64,000 nt of DNA. It comes from Mobula hypostoma. Lineage: Eukaryota. Positions 48,100-60,885 of this stretch are shown one piece after another. The notes beneath the pieces were generated by a model that did not search any database, was not told the DNA's origin, and saw only the letters and a list, made by a program, of their open reading frames with translations. Position 1 is the first letter of the stretch. Every line of letters starts with the position of its first letter. The stretch is from contig NC_086100.1 in NCBI RefSeq assembly GCF_963921235.1, positions 177,692,001 to 177,756,000 of the forward strand. The letters run 5' to 3'. The translations under genes and the position numbers were made by a program.

Positions 48100-48620
48100 C
48101 CTGGTTAAAAATGATTACCCCGCGAGTTTATCGCACTCCCCCTCCTAGCAGAAGGTGGGTAGCACAGCCCGGAGTTGAGTACGTCAGAAGGGGCGGGGCC
48201 AGCGACAGGTAAACATGGATCCTGTGCTGTACGCCTTGGCTGCCGTCATCATTGCCGTCTTAATCTTCTTTGTATCACAGCTCAGACGACAGGTGAAGAA
48301 AGGTACGATTTCTGCGCCGGTTTTCTGGAAGTTTCAGTTAAAGCGCGAAGGCGGAACGTACAGCAGCTCAGCTGACGTCGGCGGCAGATCCCAAGCCGTC
48401 CGAGTCAAATGGCGGTTGTGCCCACCCTGACCTACACCGGAAGTGTATTCTCTCTTCTCTGATTGGTCAGATAGGTCTGAAGTCACTGTTCACCACCCAC
48501 GTGGGCAGGGCTGGGGGTTGAATCCTCTCCAGTGGGGAGTCAGTGAGTGATTCTTTCACCTCCTCCTCCCTCGCCACGGGTACTCTCAGCTAGTTTGCTA
48601 CTGCTGTTATGCGTTAACTG
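48100..48620 (+). promoter_or_regulatory. CpG-island promoter / intron-1 regulatory region of the DDRGK1-like gene
   Basis: GC box at 48190-48199; CRE/ATF-like TACGTCA at 48180-48186 and TGACGTC at 48373-48379; YY1-like CAAATGGCGG at 48406-48415; ETS CCGGAAGT at 48437-48444; ATTGG at 48462-48466; CCACGTGG at 48497-48504. Confidence 0.7.
48215..48302 (+). CDS. DDRGK1: First coding exon, N-terminal signal-anchor MDPVLYALAAVIIAVLIFFVSQLRRQVKK; probable DDRGK domain-containing protein 1 (UFBP1)
   Basis: Kozak aacATGg in a CpG island; hydrophobic anchor followed by a basic patch, as I recall for vertebrate DDRGK1 N-termini (MDxVLY...). Donor AAG|GTACGA gives an 88-nt phase-1 exon, consistent with the roughly 90-nt phase-1 first exon recalled for DDRGK1. 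Only 29 residues are visible. Confidence 0.62.
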
Positions 48621-50429
48621 TCAAAAAAACCGGGCTCCTGGGGGAGCTCAGCGGGTCTGGCAGCATCTGTAGAGGGAACTCTCAAAAGTTGAGTTTATTG
48701 CTAAATGCACAAATGCAAGGTGTTTGCATTCTGTCTATACTTCCGTAAATTTGTCAGAGTCCACCCATCTCAAAGGCAAAGTAAATTTATTATCAAAGGA
48801 AGTTTATGCCACCAGATAGTACCTGAAGATTCATTTTCTTGCAGGTATTTACAGGAAAATAAAGTACTATAGAATTTATGAAAAATATGCATAAACAAGC
48901 AACCAATGTGCAAAAGATAAGTTATGCAAATAAAAGAATACTGAGAACAAGATTTGTGAAGAGTCCTCGGAAGTGAGTATAGGTCCAGTAATGGAACTTG
49001 CTTGGCAGTCTGAATTTGAACTCCTAATCTTCTGCTCAGTATGAATTTAGATCCTTGTTGAGTCTAGTGTTCTTTGGTCTGGATTAGGAACGTTCTTGGG
49101 TACTATGATGACATTCTAAACTATAACAGAGCTAATTTAATGAATTTGAGGCAATCATTCACAGTCTATATGCCTTATTGGCTAGAGATACTCTCTTACG
49201 TCTTCATAGGCCGTTTATGATGTGGGTCATTGCAATGTTGAAGTATAATTGCGCATTTATTTATATTCTGTATAATAGCCATGTTGTGGTGGAGTGCTTT
49301 TGAAATATGCACTACATATTTAATTATATGATAAGCCATTTCTGCTTGGATACCATGAATATCCACTATGTACGAAGCTAAGTTTCACTTGAGCTCTGGT
49401 AGTGTCAGTTGATACTGAATTATTTTTGATGTTCGTTGCTTGAGGTTTGTCTGTGACCTCTGAAAATCACAAGTGCCTGACGTGCTGTGAGTGAAGGGCC
49501 CCCCTCACTTAGGATCCCTGCAGGTGAGATCTACCACACTTGATATGCTGTGGAAGTTAAATAATGCAAAACCCCCTTTTACATTTGCACCCTGGAGGGG
49601 GCTTTTAGTTGCAGTACAGATCTCTCTAAAGTATGCGTACATCCCATACAGAAACTTCTCTGCTATCTTTCTTCCATAAGTACCTTTTATGTAAGACTCC
49701 TCTCTACAGAGACTGTCCTTCTGAAGCCTCTTCAGGTTTGTCTACTGTCCCTCTCCTACCAATGTGGCACATGCTTACTCCTGAATTGTGTTGTGGGGAA
49801 CCCTTTAACGTTTTGTATGCCAGTGAGGCTATCATTAACCCAGGGATCCATGGATCCCAGATTGGGAACCCTTGGTTTAAGGGGTCATTCTTCAGATTGG
49901 AACTGTGATGGGATGGGGTTGCTAACCCATTGTCCCACCCTCCTCATTTTGCAGTTGGGCTTGGGACCATCCATGTCAAAGTTCAATTATTGTTTTAGCA
50001 AGAAGATAGCTTCTGTTGCCATTTGTGGGTTTGGATTCCCCACTCTGTCAATAAGGCTGCTTATGGCACTTAACGCAGTCCTTTCTATATTCCTTTGTAA
50101 AAGGATAATTTCTCATACAATATTCATTCATGCTGGGGTATAATTTGGCCCTAACAGGGGTACAGCTAATATTGGAAGGGTATTTATTTGAGTTTGTAAA
50201 TATCTAATCAGAAAGATTATGTACTGTGATACTGATGCTGTGCTGCCTGCTTGGTATACAATGGTAACAGAAATGTGACTTGGCCATTTTTGGTTCTTTT
50301 CTGAAATAGAAGGAAATGCACCCAGAATTAATGATTTTAGTTTTTAATCAAGGTGTTTAATACTGCAGAATGGTAGACTCTTCTATTTTAATTGTTACTT
50401 GGTTACATTAAGAAGGATCTCTAGAATAT

Positions 50430-51070
50430 AGTTGGTGTTGGGACTGCTTCTTTTTCTATTATATGTCAGTGATGTGGAAGATGGATGTGGCCAAGTTTGT
50501 GGACATACAAAGATGGGTCAAGGGGCAGATGGTGTTGAGAAAGCAGGGACGCTGCAGAAAGACTTGGACAGATTAGGAGAATGGACAAAGAAGTGGCAGG
50601 TGGAATACAGTATCGGGAAGTGTATGGTCATGCACTTTGGGAGAAGGGAGAAGGAACAAAAGTGCAGTCTGTACTTGATAGAATTTAGAAGAATGAGAGG
50701 GTTTCTCATTGAAATCTATTGTATATTGAAAGGTGGCCTATACAGAGTGGATGTGGAGAGGATTTTTCCTATAGTGGGGGAGTCTAACACCATAGGGTAC
50801 AGCCTCAGAATAGAAATCCAGCTATTTAGAATGGAGATGAGAAATTTCTTTAGGTGGTGAATCAGTAGAATTTGTTGCCACAGGTGGTTGTAGAGGTCAG
50901 GTCATTGGGTGTATTTAAGGTGGCAGTTGATAGGTTCTTGATTAGTCAGTGCATGAAAAATGGCAGGAGAATGGGATTGAGAAGGAAATGAATCATCCAT
51001 AAAGGAATGGTGGAGCAGATATGATGGGCTGAATGACCTAATTTTGTTCCTATCTGTTGTCGTCTTATAA
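50430..51070 (+). mobile_element. Internally deleted CR1 3' fragment
   Basis: LQKDLDRLGEWTKKWQVEY..GKCMVMHFGR is joined to EFRRMRG.LIE.Y.ILKG, followed by the CR1 UTR. Confidence 0.85.
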
Positions 51071-51174
51071 TGTCTCCAGTTGCTTGACGCCAAAATCCAA
51101 CGTACAAACAGTGTCGTACGTACAAGGCATGTTTGCTCCTTTCCTGAATTGAGTTATTAATTATTTCACTAAGA

Positions 51175-52550
51175 TCACTGAAGATATTGGAGTCCATTAT
51201 TAAGGATGAAGTTTTGGGTTACTTGGTGGCACATGATAAAAACAGGCCAATATACCATGTGGCCAAGTGTTTAAGGCATTGGACTAGCGACCTGAAGGTT
51301 GTGAGTTCGAGCCCCAGCCGAGGCAGCGTGTTGTGTCCTTGAGCAAGGCACTTAATCACACATTGCTCTGTGACGACACTGGTGCCAAGTTGTATGGGTC
51401 CTAATGCCCTTCCCTTGGACAACATTGGTGTCATGGAGAGGGGAGACTTGCAGCATGGGCAACTGCTGGTCTTCCATACAACCTTGCCCAGGTCTGTGCC
51501 CTAGAGAGTGAAGACTCACAAGACTAACGGATGCCTTTATCCCTTAATGGGAAATCTTGCCTGACAAATCATTTGGAATTCTTTGAGGAAACAACAAGCA
51601 GGGTAGACAAAGGAGAGTCAGTGGGTGTTGTATACTTGTCAAAGGCCGCCTGCAAATCCAAGTTGCTACACATGAGGAGGCTTAACAAGAGCCCATGCTG
51701 TTACAGGAAAGATACTAGCATGGATAAAAGATTGGCTGATTGGCAGGAGGCAAAGAGTGGGAATAAAATGGGTCTGCTGGTGAATACTTGTGTTCCACAG
51801 GCGTCTTTGTTGGGACTCCTCCTTTTCACGTTATGTGTTATGATTTGGATGATGCAGATAGGTGGAGGGGAAGTTAGTGTTGAGGAACCAGGGAGTCTGC
51901 AGAAGGATTTAGCCAGAGTGGGAGAATAGGCAAAATAGTGGCAAATGGAATATAGTGTAAAGTGAATGGTCATGCACTTTGGTAGAAGGAATAAAGGTAG
52001 AGACTATTTTCTAAACAGAGGGAAAATTTAAAAATCAGACATGCAAAGGGACTTGGGAGTCCTTGTGCAGGATTCCCTAAAGGTTAACTTACAGTTTGAT
52101 TTGGTGGTAAGGAAGGCCAAATACAATGTTAGCATTCATTTCAAGTGGACTAGAATGTAAAAGCAAGGACGTAATATTGAGACTTATAAGACATTGGTCT
52201 GACTGCATTTGGAGTATTATGAGCAGATTTGGGTCCCTTATCTCAGAAAAGTTGTTCTGGCATTGCAGAGGGTCTGGAGGAAGTTTATGAGAATGATTCC
52301 AGGAATGAAAGGGTTAACATATCAGGAGTGTTTGATGGCTCTGAGGGGGGATCTTATTGAAACCTATCAAATATTGAAAGTACGAACAAGAGAAGATCTG
52401 CAAGTGCTGGAAATCTGACCACCAGACACAGAATGCTGGAGGAACTCAGCAGGCCAGGCAGTATCTAGGAAAAGAGTGCAGTCGACGTTTCAGGCTGAAA
52501 TCCTTCAGCTGGATTGAAAGGACTAGATAGAGTGGATGATGTTTCCGATA
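51175..52550 (+). mobile_element. Degenerate CR1 RT fragment with nested SINE (51256-51535) and Penelope mini-element (52381-52512)
   Basis: GKSCLTNHLEFFEETTSRVDKGE and EYYEQIWVPYLRK. The SINE is near-identical to 17325-17612. Confidence 0.85.
52381..52512 (-). mobile_element. Penelope-derived hammerhead mini-element
   Basis: TSD attgaaag at 52373-52380 and 52513-52520. Minus strand: cagctga a ggatttcagcct GAAA c GTC gactg. Confidence 0.78.
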
Positions 52551-53002
52551 GGAGGCTGAGCTCTTTGGTCCAACATTCACTATCAGAAACCTCCTTTTGG
52601 CCTTGTTCCATTTTCCTATCTAGCTTCCATATCCCTTGATATCCATGTCATACAAAAAAGTCTATTAAATATATGCAATGACGAAGCATCCTAATTGTTC
52701 TGGTGTAGTTTGTTCTAGAGCTCTCCAAACAAAGAAATTCCTCCTCTTCGCAGTCTTAAGTTGTCCATGCATCTTGAGTCTGTGGCCAATTTAGTAGTAA
52801 GGGAAACATCTTTTTAGTCATTACTTTCTGTGATGCTGTCAGAATATCATGTTTCTGTGAGATAACCTTTTGGTATTCTGAGCTCCAGTGGAAAGATCAG
52901 TCTGCTCATTTTCAATGGACTGTCTGCCATGAGTGAGATTGAGAGATTCTTGTTTGTAGATTTATAGCAATTTTATGACACTGAATAAAACCACTAAGCT
53001 AA

Positions 53003-53893
53003 AGGCTACATCCACACTAGACCGGATAATTTTGAAAACAACACACAAAAACGCCAATTTTGTGTAAAATTGATAGGCGTCCACCCCAGGTGTTTTTGAA
53101 AATACCTCCGTCCACATTAGAATGGATATTTGGGTGAATCTCCTCCTACTGGGCATGTGCAGGACACACAGAAAACAAGCGAAGAGGAAACGGTATACTT
53201 GGTGCGCGTTTGTCCAGTTACAGACTAGAAAACTTAAAAGAAAATTGTCAAACGAGAGACTTGGTGCGTGTTTGTCCAGAAACATTTCCTACAGCCATAG
53301 TCTCTTCACCAATGAAAGGGAAGACAGCTACAACTAAATGCAATAGGGCTTGTTGCTGGGCAAAAGTGAAATTTGCTGTTACCTCATTTGTTTGCCTTTA
53401 CTTTTGCCATGTCTTTGTGTAGTACTTTGCTGTATTTAACATGTGCAATAAAATGAGTTACTGGGCAAAAGTGACAATTGCATCTATTGAATGTTTGCAC
53501 AAGCAATACATTAATAAAGCATCTTGTTAAATGTATAAAACACTGCATCAGTGTTATCTTGTATTTCCATACAATGTTACATTAGGCTGTTACACGTCTA
53601 TTGTCAGATATTATTGTTGTGGTGTTGGAGGTTGTGATCAAGAAAACAATGAGATGCCATGCTGCCGCCACCATTTGTTCCGGCACGTCATGACAGCGGT
53701 TTTAAAATTAGCCGGTTACCCCGTACACACTACAATGGCCAACCGGCTTTTTCAGATTTAAACACTCTGGAGAGTGTTTTAGAAAAGCTCCGTTTTCGGG
53801 GGAGGAAAACGCTGTTTCAGTGTGGACGGAGGGTCAAAACGAAGAGAAAAAGCTTTGGTTACGGATTTATCCGGTCTAGTGTAGACATAGCCT
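53003..53893. mobile_element. PIF/Harbinger-like non-autonomous DNA transposon (about 890 bp)
   Basis: 27-bp TIR aggctacatccacactagaccggataa / ttatccggtctagtgtagacatagcct (3 mismatches), TAA adjacent at both ends, and subterminal tccacac repeats. Confidence 0.8.
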
Positions 53894-53949
53894 AAGATAA
53901 AATGTGTATTTGCTGATAAAGAAAGAGCTGATTATTTTAACTCTACCTT

Positions 53950-54960
53950 CCAGCACTAATTTTGTAGATGAGGGCTCTGATTTTTGCATCCAAGGTCTTT
54001 TTAAATACAATTAGGTATTAAAATACAATTAGGCAATCTGCCTTTTCCCTTTCAGGCAGTTATTCCAGTCTGGGTGAAAAGTGCTTTTTACATTCCCCTC
54101 TTTTAATTCTTTTATGAATTGCCTGAAATGTATTATACCAGTTATTTGGCCTCTCTATAATGGATCAGTTCTAATTTCTACAGGCCCCTCATATTTCTAA
54201 AGAAAACAGCCTCTGCTGATCTTAGTTTTTTAATGAAAGCAGTATTTTTCCACTCCACTCCACTCCAGACATATTTTTGAACTTCTCAGCTACATCTGTG
54301 GTACTGCAGTCACCTCTTTAATGTGACCAGAATTGCACACAGTATTGTGGCATACAGCTAGTGTTGTTTACAGTTGCATTATGACTTCCCTGCTTTTTGT
54401 ATTGTCTGCCAGTGCTGGTAAAGAAAATAATCTCATTTGCCTGTTCTAGCACTTTATTGATGTCACCTGCTAACAATAGGAACTGTGGATGTAGACTCCA
54501 AAGTCCCTTTTGATCCTTCAGATTGCTTGATATCCTTTCATTTTCTCTGTTGTTGTATCTCCCTAATATGACATCATACTTCTTAAGGCTGAATTCCATT
54601 TGTCACATTTCTACCCAGCTGAGTAAAACATTCATTTCTTCTTGCAGCCTAAGGTTAGTTTCCTTGTCATCTACCTGTGACCATGTGATCATATGCATCT
54701 TTTATCATCTCTACATTTCAGCCTAAATCAATTGCTATACACTACAAGAACGAAGGCACCAAAATGGTGAAGTCCTCAATGATACGGATTTTCAATTGCA
54801 CAATCGCCCAGCAACTGTTGCTCCATTCTTCCAGCCTTTGAGCTGGTTTTATATCCAACTAACCTCTGTTTTGGATCCATTTTTCTTTTTTGACTGGCCT
54901 GGCCATGTGGGACTTGTTAAGATCCGTATCAACCATATCAATCATTGACTCTCCTTGTTA
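53950..54960 (-). mobile_element. Highly decayed CR1 fragment
   Basis: Minus-strand QYCVQFWSH and MEFSLKKYDVI remnants (ORF 54318-54599). Confidence 0.6.
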
Positions 54961-57900
54961 CTTGCTCTTTTCAATAATTGGAAACAATTTAAGCAAGTTT
55001 CAATACCAGGACACAAGATTAAAGATTAAATTGGAACCCAGTGCAGCATTTAGTCAGTTATCTGTAGATTTAGAAACTAGTTTAAATTAGTTTCAGCTTT
55101 CGGAAGAAATTAAGTTCCTTAGGCTTGAAAAAATGGTATTACTTTAAAATCATCTGTTTAATATATGCTATTACATATATGACTCACCGTAAGGAGCCAA
55201 GTGAGTTGGTATTTGTGGCCTTTTGCTAATTTAATTTTGTATGTACCCAATTTGACGAAATGCTGAGATCTGGAGCTGGATGCAGCAGAAATAACGGGAC
55301 ATATAAGCGAGCAACTATAAAGTGAGGGACGCACCATTTTAGGTTCAGTCTAACTGGTTTCAGGGTTTGCATAGGTCTACAGAGATAAAATTAGCTTTAC
55401 ATGAAATCTGCATGGAACTGCAACCATGGAATTATGGTGGTAGAACAAGCCTTTCTCACTTGCGACAAATTACTGATCCCAAGGGAACAACTAAAGGAAT
55501 TATTTACCCTCCCTTTAAACCCAGAAGCATGTCTTTCCTTAAACTATTAATCTTCTAACAACATGTTTAACATAAAATTTTAAATACTTGTACACAGAAG
55601 TGTTTGTACAGGAGGGATACCAGCAGATTGCATAGTTCACTTGTGACCTGTGCAAGTTCTTTCAACTGGCACCTTTTCCAAAGTTGTCTTCCTGAACTGT
55701 AGTCTAAAATGTTGCTGTGTAGATATTTTTAAACTAACTTAAAATTGATTCATCTTAATATAATGGACAATTTATACTCCAAATTGTATTCTTTGATTCT
55801 TCAACAGCTAATGAGTATGCGCTTCCTGACACGAAGTTGTCTGAAGATGTTCTGCCGAATTTATTAGTTTTCAAAACAAAAAATATTGGGCTTCAAGATT
55901 GGCTCTTTCTCACTCACTTTCTTATCTGTTAGCAAATAAGTTGGATGATATGTCATAGCAATCAGCAAAGTTACCTTTGAAATCTTGTGGGATTCAGAAG
56001 TTACATGGAAAGTTTGGCCATTATCTATGATTGAGCAAATTGCAGTAAACAATATTGCAAGGCCTAGAATGGGTCTTATAAAAGAACAGAAGCAAGGATA
56101 GACCAATTAGCCTCTCAAGCCTGCTTCACTATTTAATAATCTTGCCCTCAGTGCTATTTTCCCTTGATGCCCTTGTCTACGATTTGAGTGTTTTCAATTA
56201 ATCTACCTCTATAGCTTTCTAAGGTAGAGAATTCCAAAAGTTCATGACTCCTGGAGAGCAGAAATTTATGCCCATGACTGTCTTAAAGAGGCAACCCCTT
56301 GTTTTGAAATTATGCTCCCTAGTTGCCGAAGATAAGCTATCAGATTACACTAGTAAATAATATAAAGAGGGACTATAAGTGCGTGTACTGGTACATAAAA
56401 AGGAAGAGAGTAACTAAAATAAGGTTACTAAATAACTAAATAGTAACTAAAATAAATCCATTTTGTAAATTTGTCTTGTACAATAATCAAGAATGAAAAT
56501 TACCTGTTAGTGGTGGTGCTTGAAAATTGGAAAGGAAGGCAGAAACTGAGATGGGTGTTTTCTGTGGGCAATGGCTGCCTTTCCAGTACTTGTGTGATCT
56601 TTTTATCAAATTGATTTTCAATTTCAGTACAAGTCCTCTTCGCACCAGATAAATCATATTGGTTTCAGGGTAAGGGCTGGAAATCTCACACAATGGTGTC
56701 TCAATATTTCTCTATAGCATCCACACCTATAGCTTAAAGAAATCATAATTTGGTTAAGATAATTTCTAAAAATGATATTCTTTAAAAACGGTTTTAATGT
56801 TTAAAAATAATTGTACCAAATGCAATCTATTAATTACAGATCTACTTAAAAAATTTGCTTCAAAAATAAACTTGAAGGTAGTTCTGTAATACAGCCAAAA
56901 TCATTTTGAAACCATAGTGGGGGGGAAGCTCAAAGTTCTTGGTTTGGGGGAGGGTGATTACATTATACCAGTGTTAAGAATGACGCCTCGCGTTCCCCCA
57001 CAATACCAGTGGAAATTCATTTTGCTTCACATTGTCTTGATAAATCAAGGGGAAAAAGGAAAAAAATAAATCTGTGGTGAGCTTTGCTTTAAGCCAGATA
57101 TCTAATTAACTTGCCTTCCTTGGAAACTTGTTCTTGAGTCACCACCTAAAATTAGTTAAGTTGCAGTGATACCAGCACGCCAAAATGTGGGGGCATTTTA
57201 TTGCATAAAATGGTTTTGAGAATCATTGTAATGGAGCAATTGGCTAATCATTGTTGAAAATTTCACTGTAGGTTGGGTAAAAAGTTTCATCCAGCTTGGG
57301 TAATCAGATGACACAAAACTCAACTGACAAAGAAAAGACATTAAAAGGTTTATTGTTCTATAACTCTGTCATTGTCAATAAATTTTAAAAGGAAAAATTC
57401 CAAAAATAATTACTGACTTGATAAAACTTGGACAAACATTCAGATCATCGATAACTGATGATTTCACTGAATATTGGAATTTAGTTAATGGGCTAAATGT
57501 CTCAATTTTTCTTTTGTTCCCAGAAGTGTTTTAAAACAGCAAATGTTCAGAATTGCTTTCCTGAAATATTTTCATTATCAGTGCACTTTTATATAATTTC
57601 TAATTGAGTACAGAAAGCAGAACAAGATAAACATATAAAATCATACCACAGTAAAGGGACTGTTAATTGACATAATGAAAGTCAATTTTTACAAGAAGCT
57701 GAACAGGATTAATTAGTTAGCCTTACTCATTTTCATGTGTGTATTTTTTAAAAAAAAAGAAACCCAATGAAATGTGAGATTTGTCAGGATTCTATAATGC
57801 AAAGTAATTGCCGCATAATTGAAACAAACTGTAGAATCCATTACAATAACACACCATTTTTTAAAAAATTGCTGGTTACACCAATGCATGCATTTGCTAC

Positions 57901-59547
57901 TTTGTGCACCATATAGTATACACATTTGCAAAGTGATCAGGAAAGCTCCTAAAAAAAAATCAACATTTCCAATTTAAAAATCAGTAATTAAGTTACAATA
58001 ATAAGCTGCCTTGTTGAAACTTTTGTCTTCATACCATTGGTTTCCGATACCTATTTTCTTTCTAGTTTATTCTTTTCTCATACCACAACACAGTGCTATT
58101 CAAGGGAACAGTTGTTTCATACAGTACATTCCTGCCAACTCAGTACTGATTGCCATTACTAACTCAAGATAATCTCTTGTACTTATCTATTGAAAGGTCA
58201 CTAAAGGATCCCCTTTTCATAGATGCTACCTGACTCATTGAATATCTGGTATTTTCCACTTTTACTTAATTTGCTGTGTTGCATAAAGCTTCAAATTGGC
58301 AAATCCTGGACATTTCCTCTTGCTCCCCCAAATTTTCCACCTTCCTGTATGTTTTCACTTCACGCGTGGATTTTCAGGGAACTCATTACAATTGTCATTC
58401 TTTCTTTATAATCTTGGACTTTTGCTGAACGTCAATAGGAATCTGATTCCAGTTTACTTGAGAGCCTGCATTACTGATGTGTGAGGTTAACTGTAAAAAG
58501 GATGAAGCTATTCAACAAGGAAGAGAGGAAATAAAATATGTTTTGAAGTTGACTTTGCTTCGATTCAATGGTCAGAAGCATTGGCAAATATAGCAGTGAA
58601 AATGTACATTCAAATACAAACCAAGCCCTCATTGTGCATTGTCAAGATTGAGAGTAATTTCATGTTCTGTTGAATTTGGAGATGGGGATTTAACTAGCTC
58701 CTGATCTGGGAGGCAGAGGAGAAGGAGATGGATACTTGGATACGAATAGGGAAGGAAAGTTGGAATCACTGACACGAACACCCTAGGAAAAGGAACTCAT
58801 CCTTGCATCAGTCTTGGTTTGAATCCTCACCCTGAGACTTTGCCCCTTATTTCTGGACTCTACTGTTTGCAGAAAATGTATGCATAACATGGGTCATGAC
58901 ATCTCCCTTCTGGGCTTGTAATTTTAATATGATGGCTTCTGATTTTGATATCCTGAGATGGTGAACCCATTCTGTTTATTCTTCATACTTGTGATTTGAC
59001 ATAGTTTAAAATAATTTTTATATAGTCATTTTCACACATTACATCCAAACTTTTCAAAGTAAGCAAACTTCATTTACTTACATGCTGCTTTTCATGCAAC
59101 TTTGGAATGTACAAAATGGCTGCCATATTTTTGAACATACCACACTTGGTTGTCATACTTTAAACTTATGCAGAGGCATAGAAGTTCATCTAGATTTAGG
59201 TTAGATGTTTAATTTTTACGTTTCAGCAGAGCACATAATTACAAGCATTTTACAAACAACATTTTAAATAAAGGACCTATTGAAGACCCACTGATGTAAA
59301 AAAGGAATTCCTTGTACTTTTTGCATTCAAACGTAAACTATTATGTTTTATAATACTGCATTGTTTTCAAGGATCCTTCATCTGCTGTTTAATTTCAATT
59401 GGGTGATTTTTTTTTGTGTAAGCTTTCTCAGAGTAAGCAGGTGAGTTTGTTTCCTGTGTATTGCTACGTTGCTTGTCTTTTGTAACAGACATTAAAACTA
59501 TTGAGATTCTATCTACTTCTTCTTCAAGTAATGTTTAAAGTTAACAA

Positions 59548-59642
59548 GCAACACACATAAAAGTTGCTGGTGAACGCAGCAGGCCAGGCAGCATCTCTAG
59601 GAAGAGGTGCAGTCGATGTTTCAGGCCAAGACCCTTCGTCAG
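59548..59642 (-). mobile_element. Penelope-derived hammerhead mini-element with 12-bp TSD
   Basis: TSD taaagttaacaa at 59536-59547 and 59643-59654. Minus strand: CTGACGA a gggt-cttg-gcct GAAA c atc gactg; both catalytic boxes are intact. Confidence 0.85.
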
Positions 59643-60342
59643 TAAAGTTAACAATATACGTTTGAGGTATGTTGGAGTCTGATTATTAAATGTTCAGTGG
59701 TTAAACAGATCCTATATCCTATACCTATACCTACCTCACCTTTAATTGCCCTGTCCAATAAAGGTGCTGACAAGGTTATAGAAATGGAGAACATGGGCCA
59801 ACCCTTTTTACTTAAGGTTATTTTTTGTTTGGATTTCTGTTGATGACCATGACTATTCCCTTGGGCTGTCAAATGGTCCCACAGTATTAGCAGATTAGAT
59901 GAATCACAAAGTAATTTTTAGACTAGTTTGGTGCAATGAAAATTATTTTCTGCATTTTTTTTGTTGTAATATGACTTCTTGTTGAATTGGTGATTTTTGA
60001 AGAAGTACTATTAAGTATGCTTTTTTAAGTACTTGTATTAATATTGTTGCCAAACCAGTCCTAATTTAATCTTCAGCTGTAGGTGCATGTGGCAATGGAA
60101 TAGTTAGCTGTCTGTGCACTTAGGAAGCTTGAATAGAATGCACATTTGTTTCAAACCTGACGTGTGCATTGTATGAAAATGTGGAGCCTTTTTTAATGGG
60201 GAAATTTAAATTTTGCATTAATTTTCTTTGCATACGCCCAGAGGACATGTAATTTGCATGAGGTATGAAGATAGTACTAAGACATTGAGCATGTTAAATG
60301 TACTGGATAAAAGTAGGGAAAATAAATCTATTATCTTTTTCT

Positions 60343-60885
60343 TGAGACACAAGAGCTGAAATCTGGAGCAACACACAATCGGCTAAAGAACTCAGCAGTC
60401 GAGCAGCATCAGTGGGAGAAAAGAAATGGAGGATGTTTCAGGCCAAAGCCCTTTCTCAGGACTCAGCATATCGAGCCTAGGTGGCTGACAGGAGTAGGGG
60501 AAGGGGAGTGGCAAGAAAGGACTCTGAGGGAGATAGAGAGAGGAAAAAGAAATAACAGCAAATGGAGGCAAGTTGAAGACTCTGTCTTCACACTCTGCTC
60601 CCCCACTTTGACCCACTTGTGGTTTATTTCTCTTTATCATTCACCTGCCCCAGTCTTCCAACTCCATTCCTGTTAATAACTCCAACTGGCACTACCTGCC
60701 TGTCATTTTACACCCCTCCTCAGTCCAGTACTCACCTTGGAGTCCTTTTCTGCCACTCCCCTTCTCTCTATGCCGGCCACTTCACCTCTCCACTCTCAGT
60801 CCTGATGTAGGGTGTCGGCCCAAAACGTCAACAATTTATTTCCTCCATTCAATTCTGCTCGATCCACTGAATTCTTCGAGCAGAC
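60343..60885. mobile_element. Inverted (fold-back) pair of Penelope terminal fragments, each with a degenerate hammerhead
   Basis: Minus copy at 60343-60570 (motif at about 60430-60463). Plus copy at about 60600-60885 with cagtc ctgatgt a gggtgtcggccc aaaa c gtc aac at 60797-60832. Confidence 0.65.

Noticed and set aside
47400-48200. A head-to-head ITPA first exon, as next to mammalian DDRGK1
   Set aside because: No FVTGNAKK-like coding sequence was found on the minus strand.
49105-49190. Intronic C/D-box snoRNA (ATGATGA box C)
   Set aside because: There is no box D (CTGA) or terminal stem at a suitable distance.
55808-55935. Candidate DDRGK1 exon 2 after the acceptor tcttcaacag
   Set aside because: The in-phase translation (ANEYALPDTKLSEDVLPNLLVF...) is not DDRGK1-like, ends in a stop, and has no good donor.
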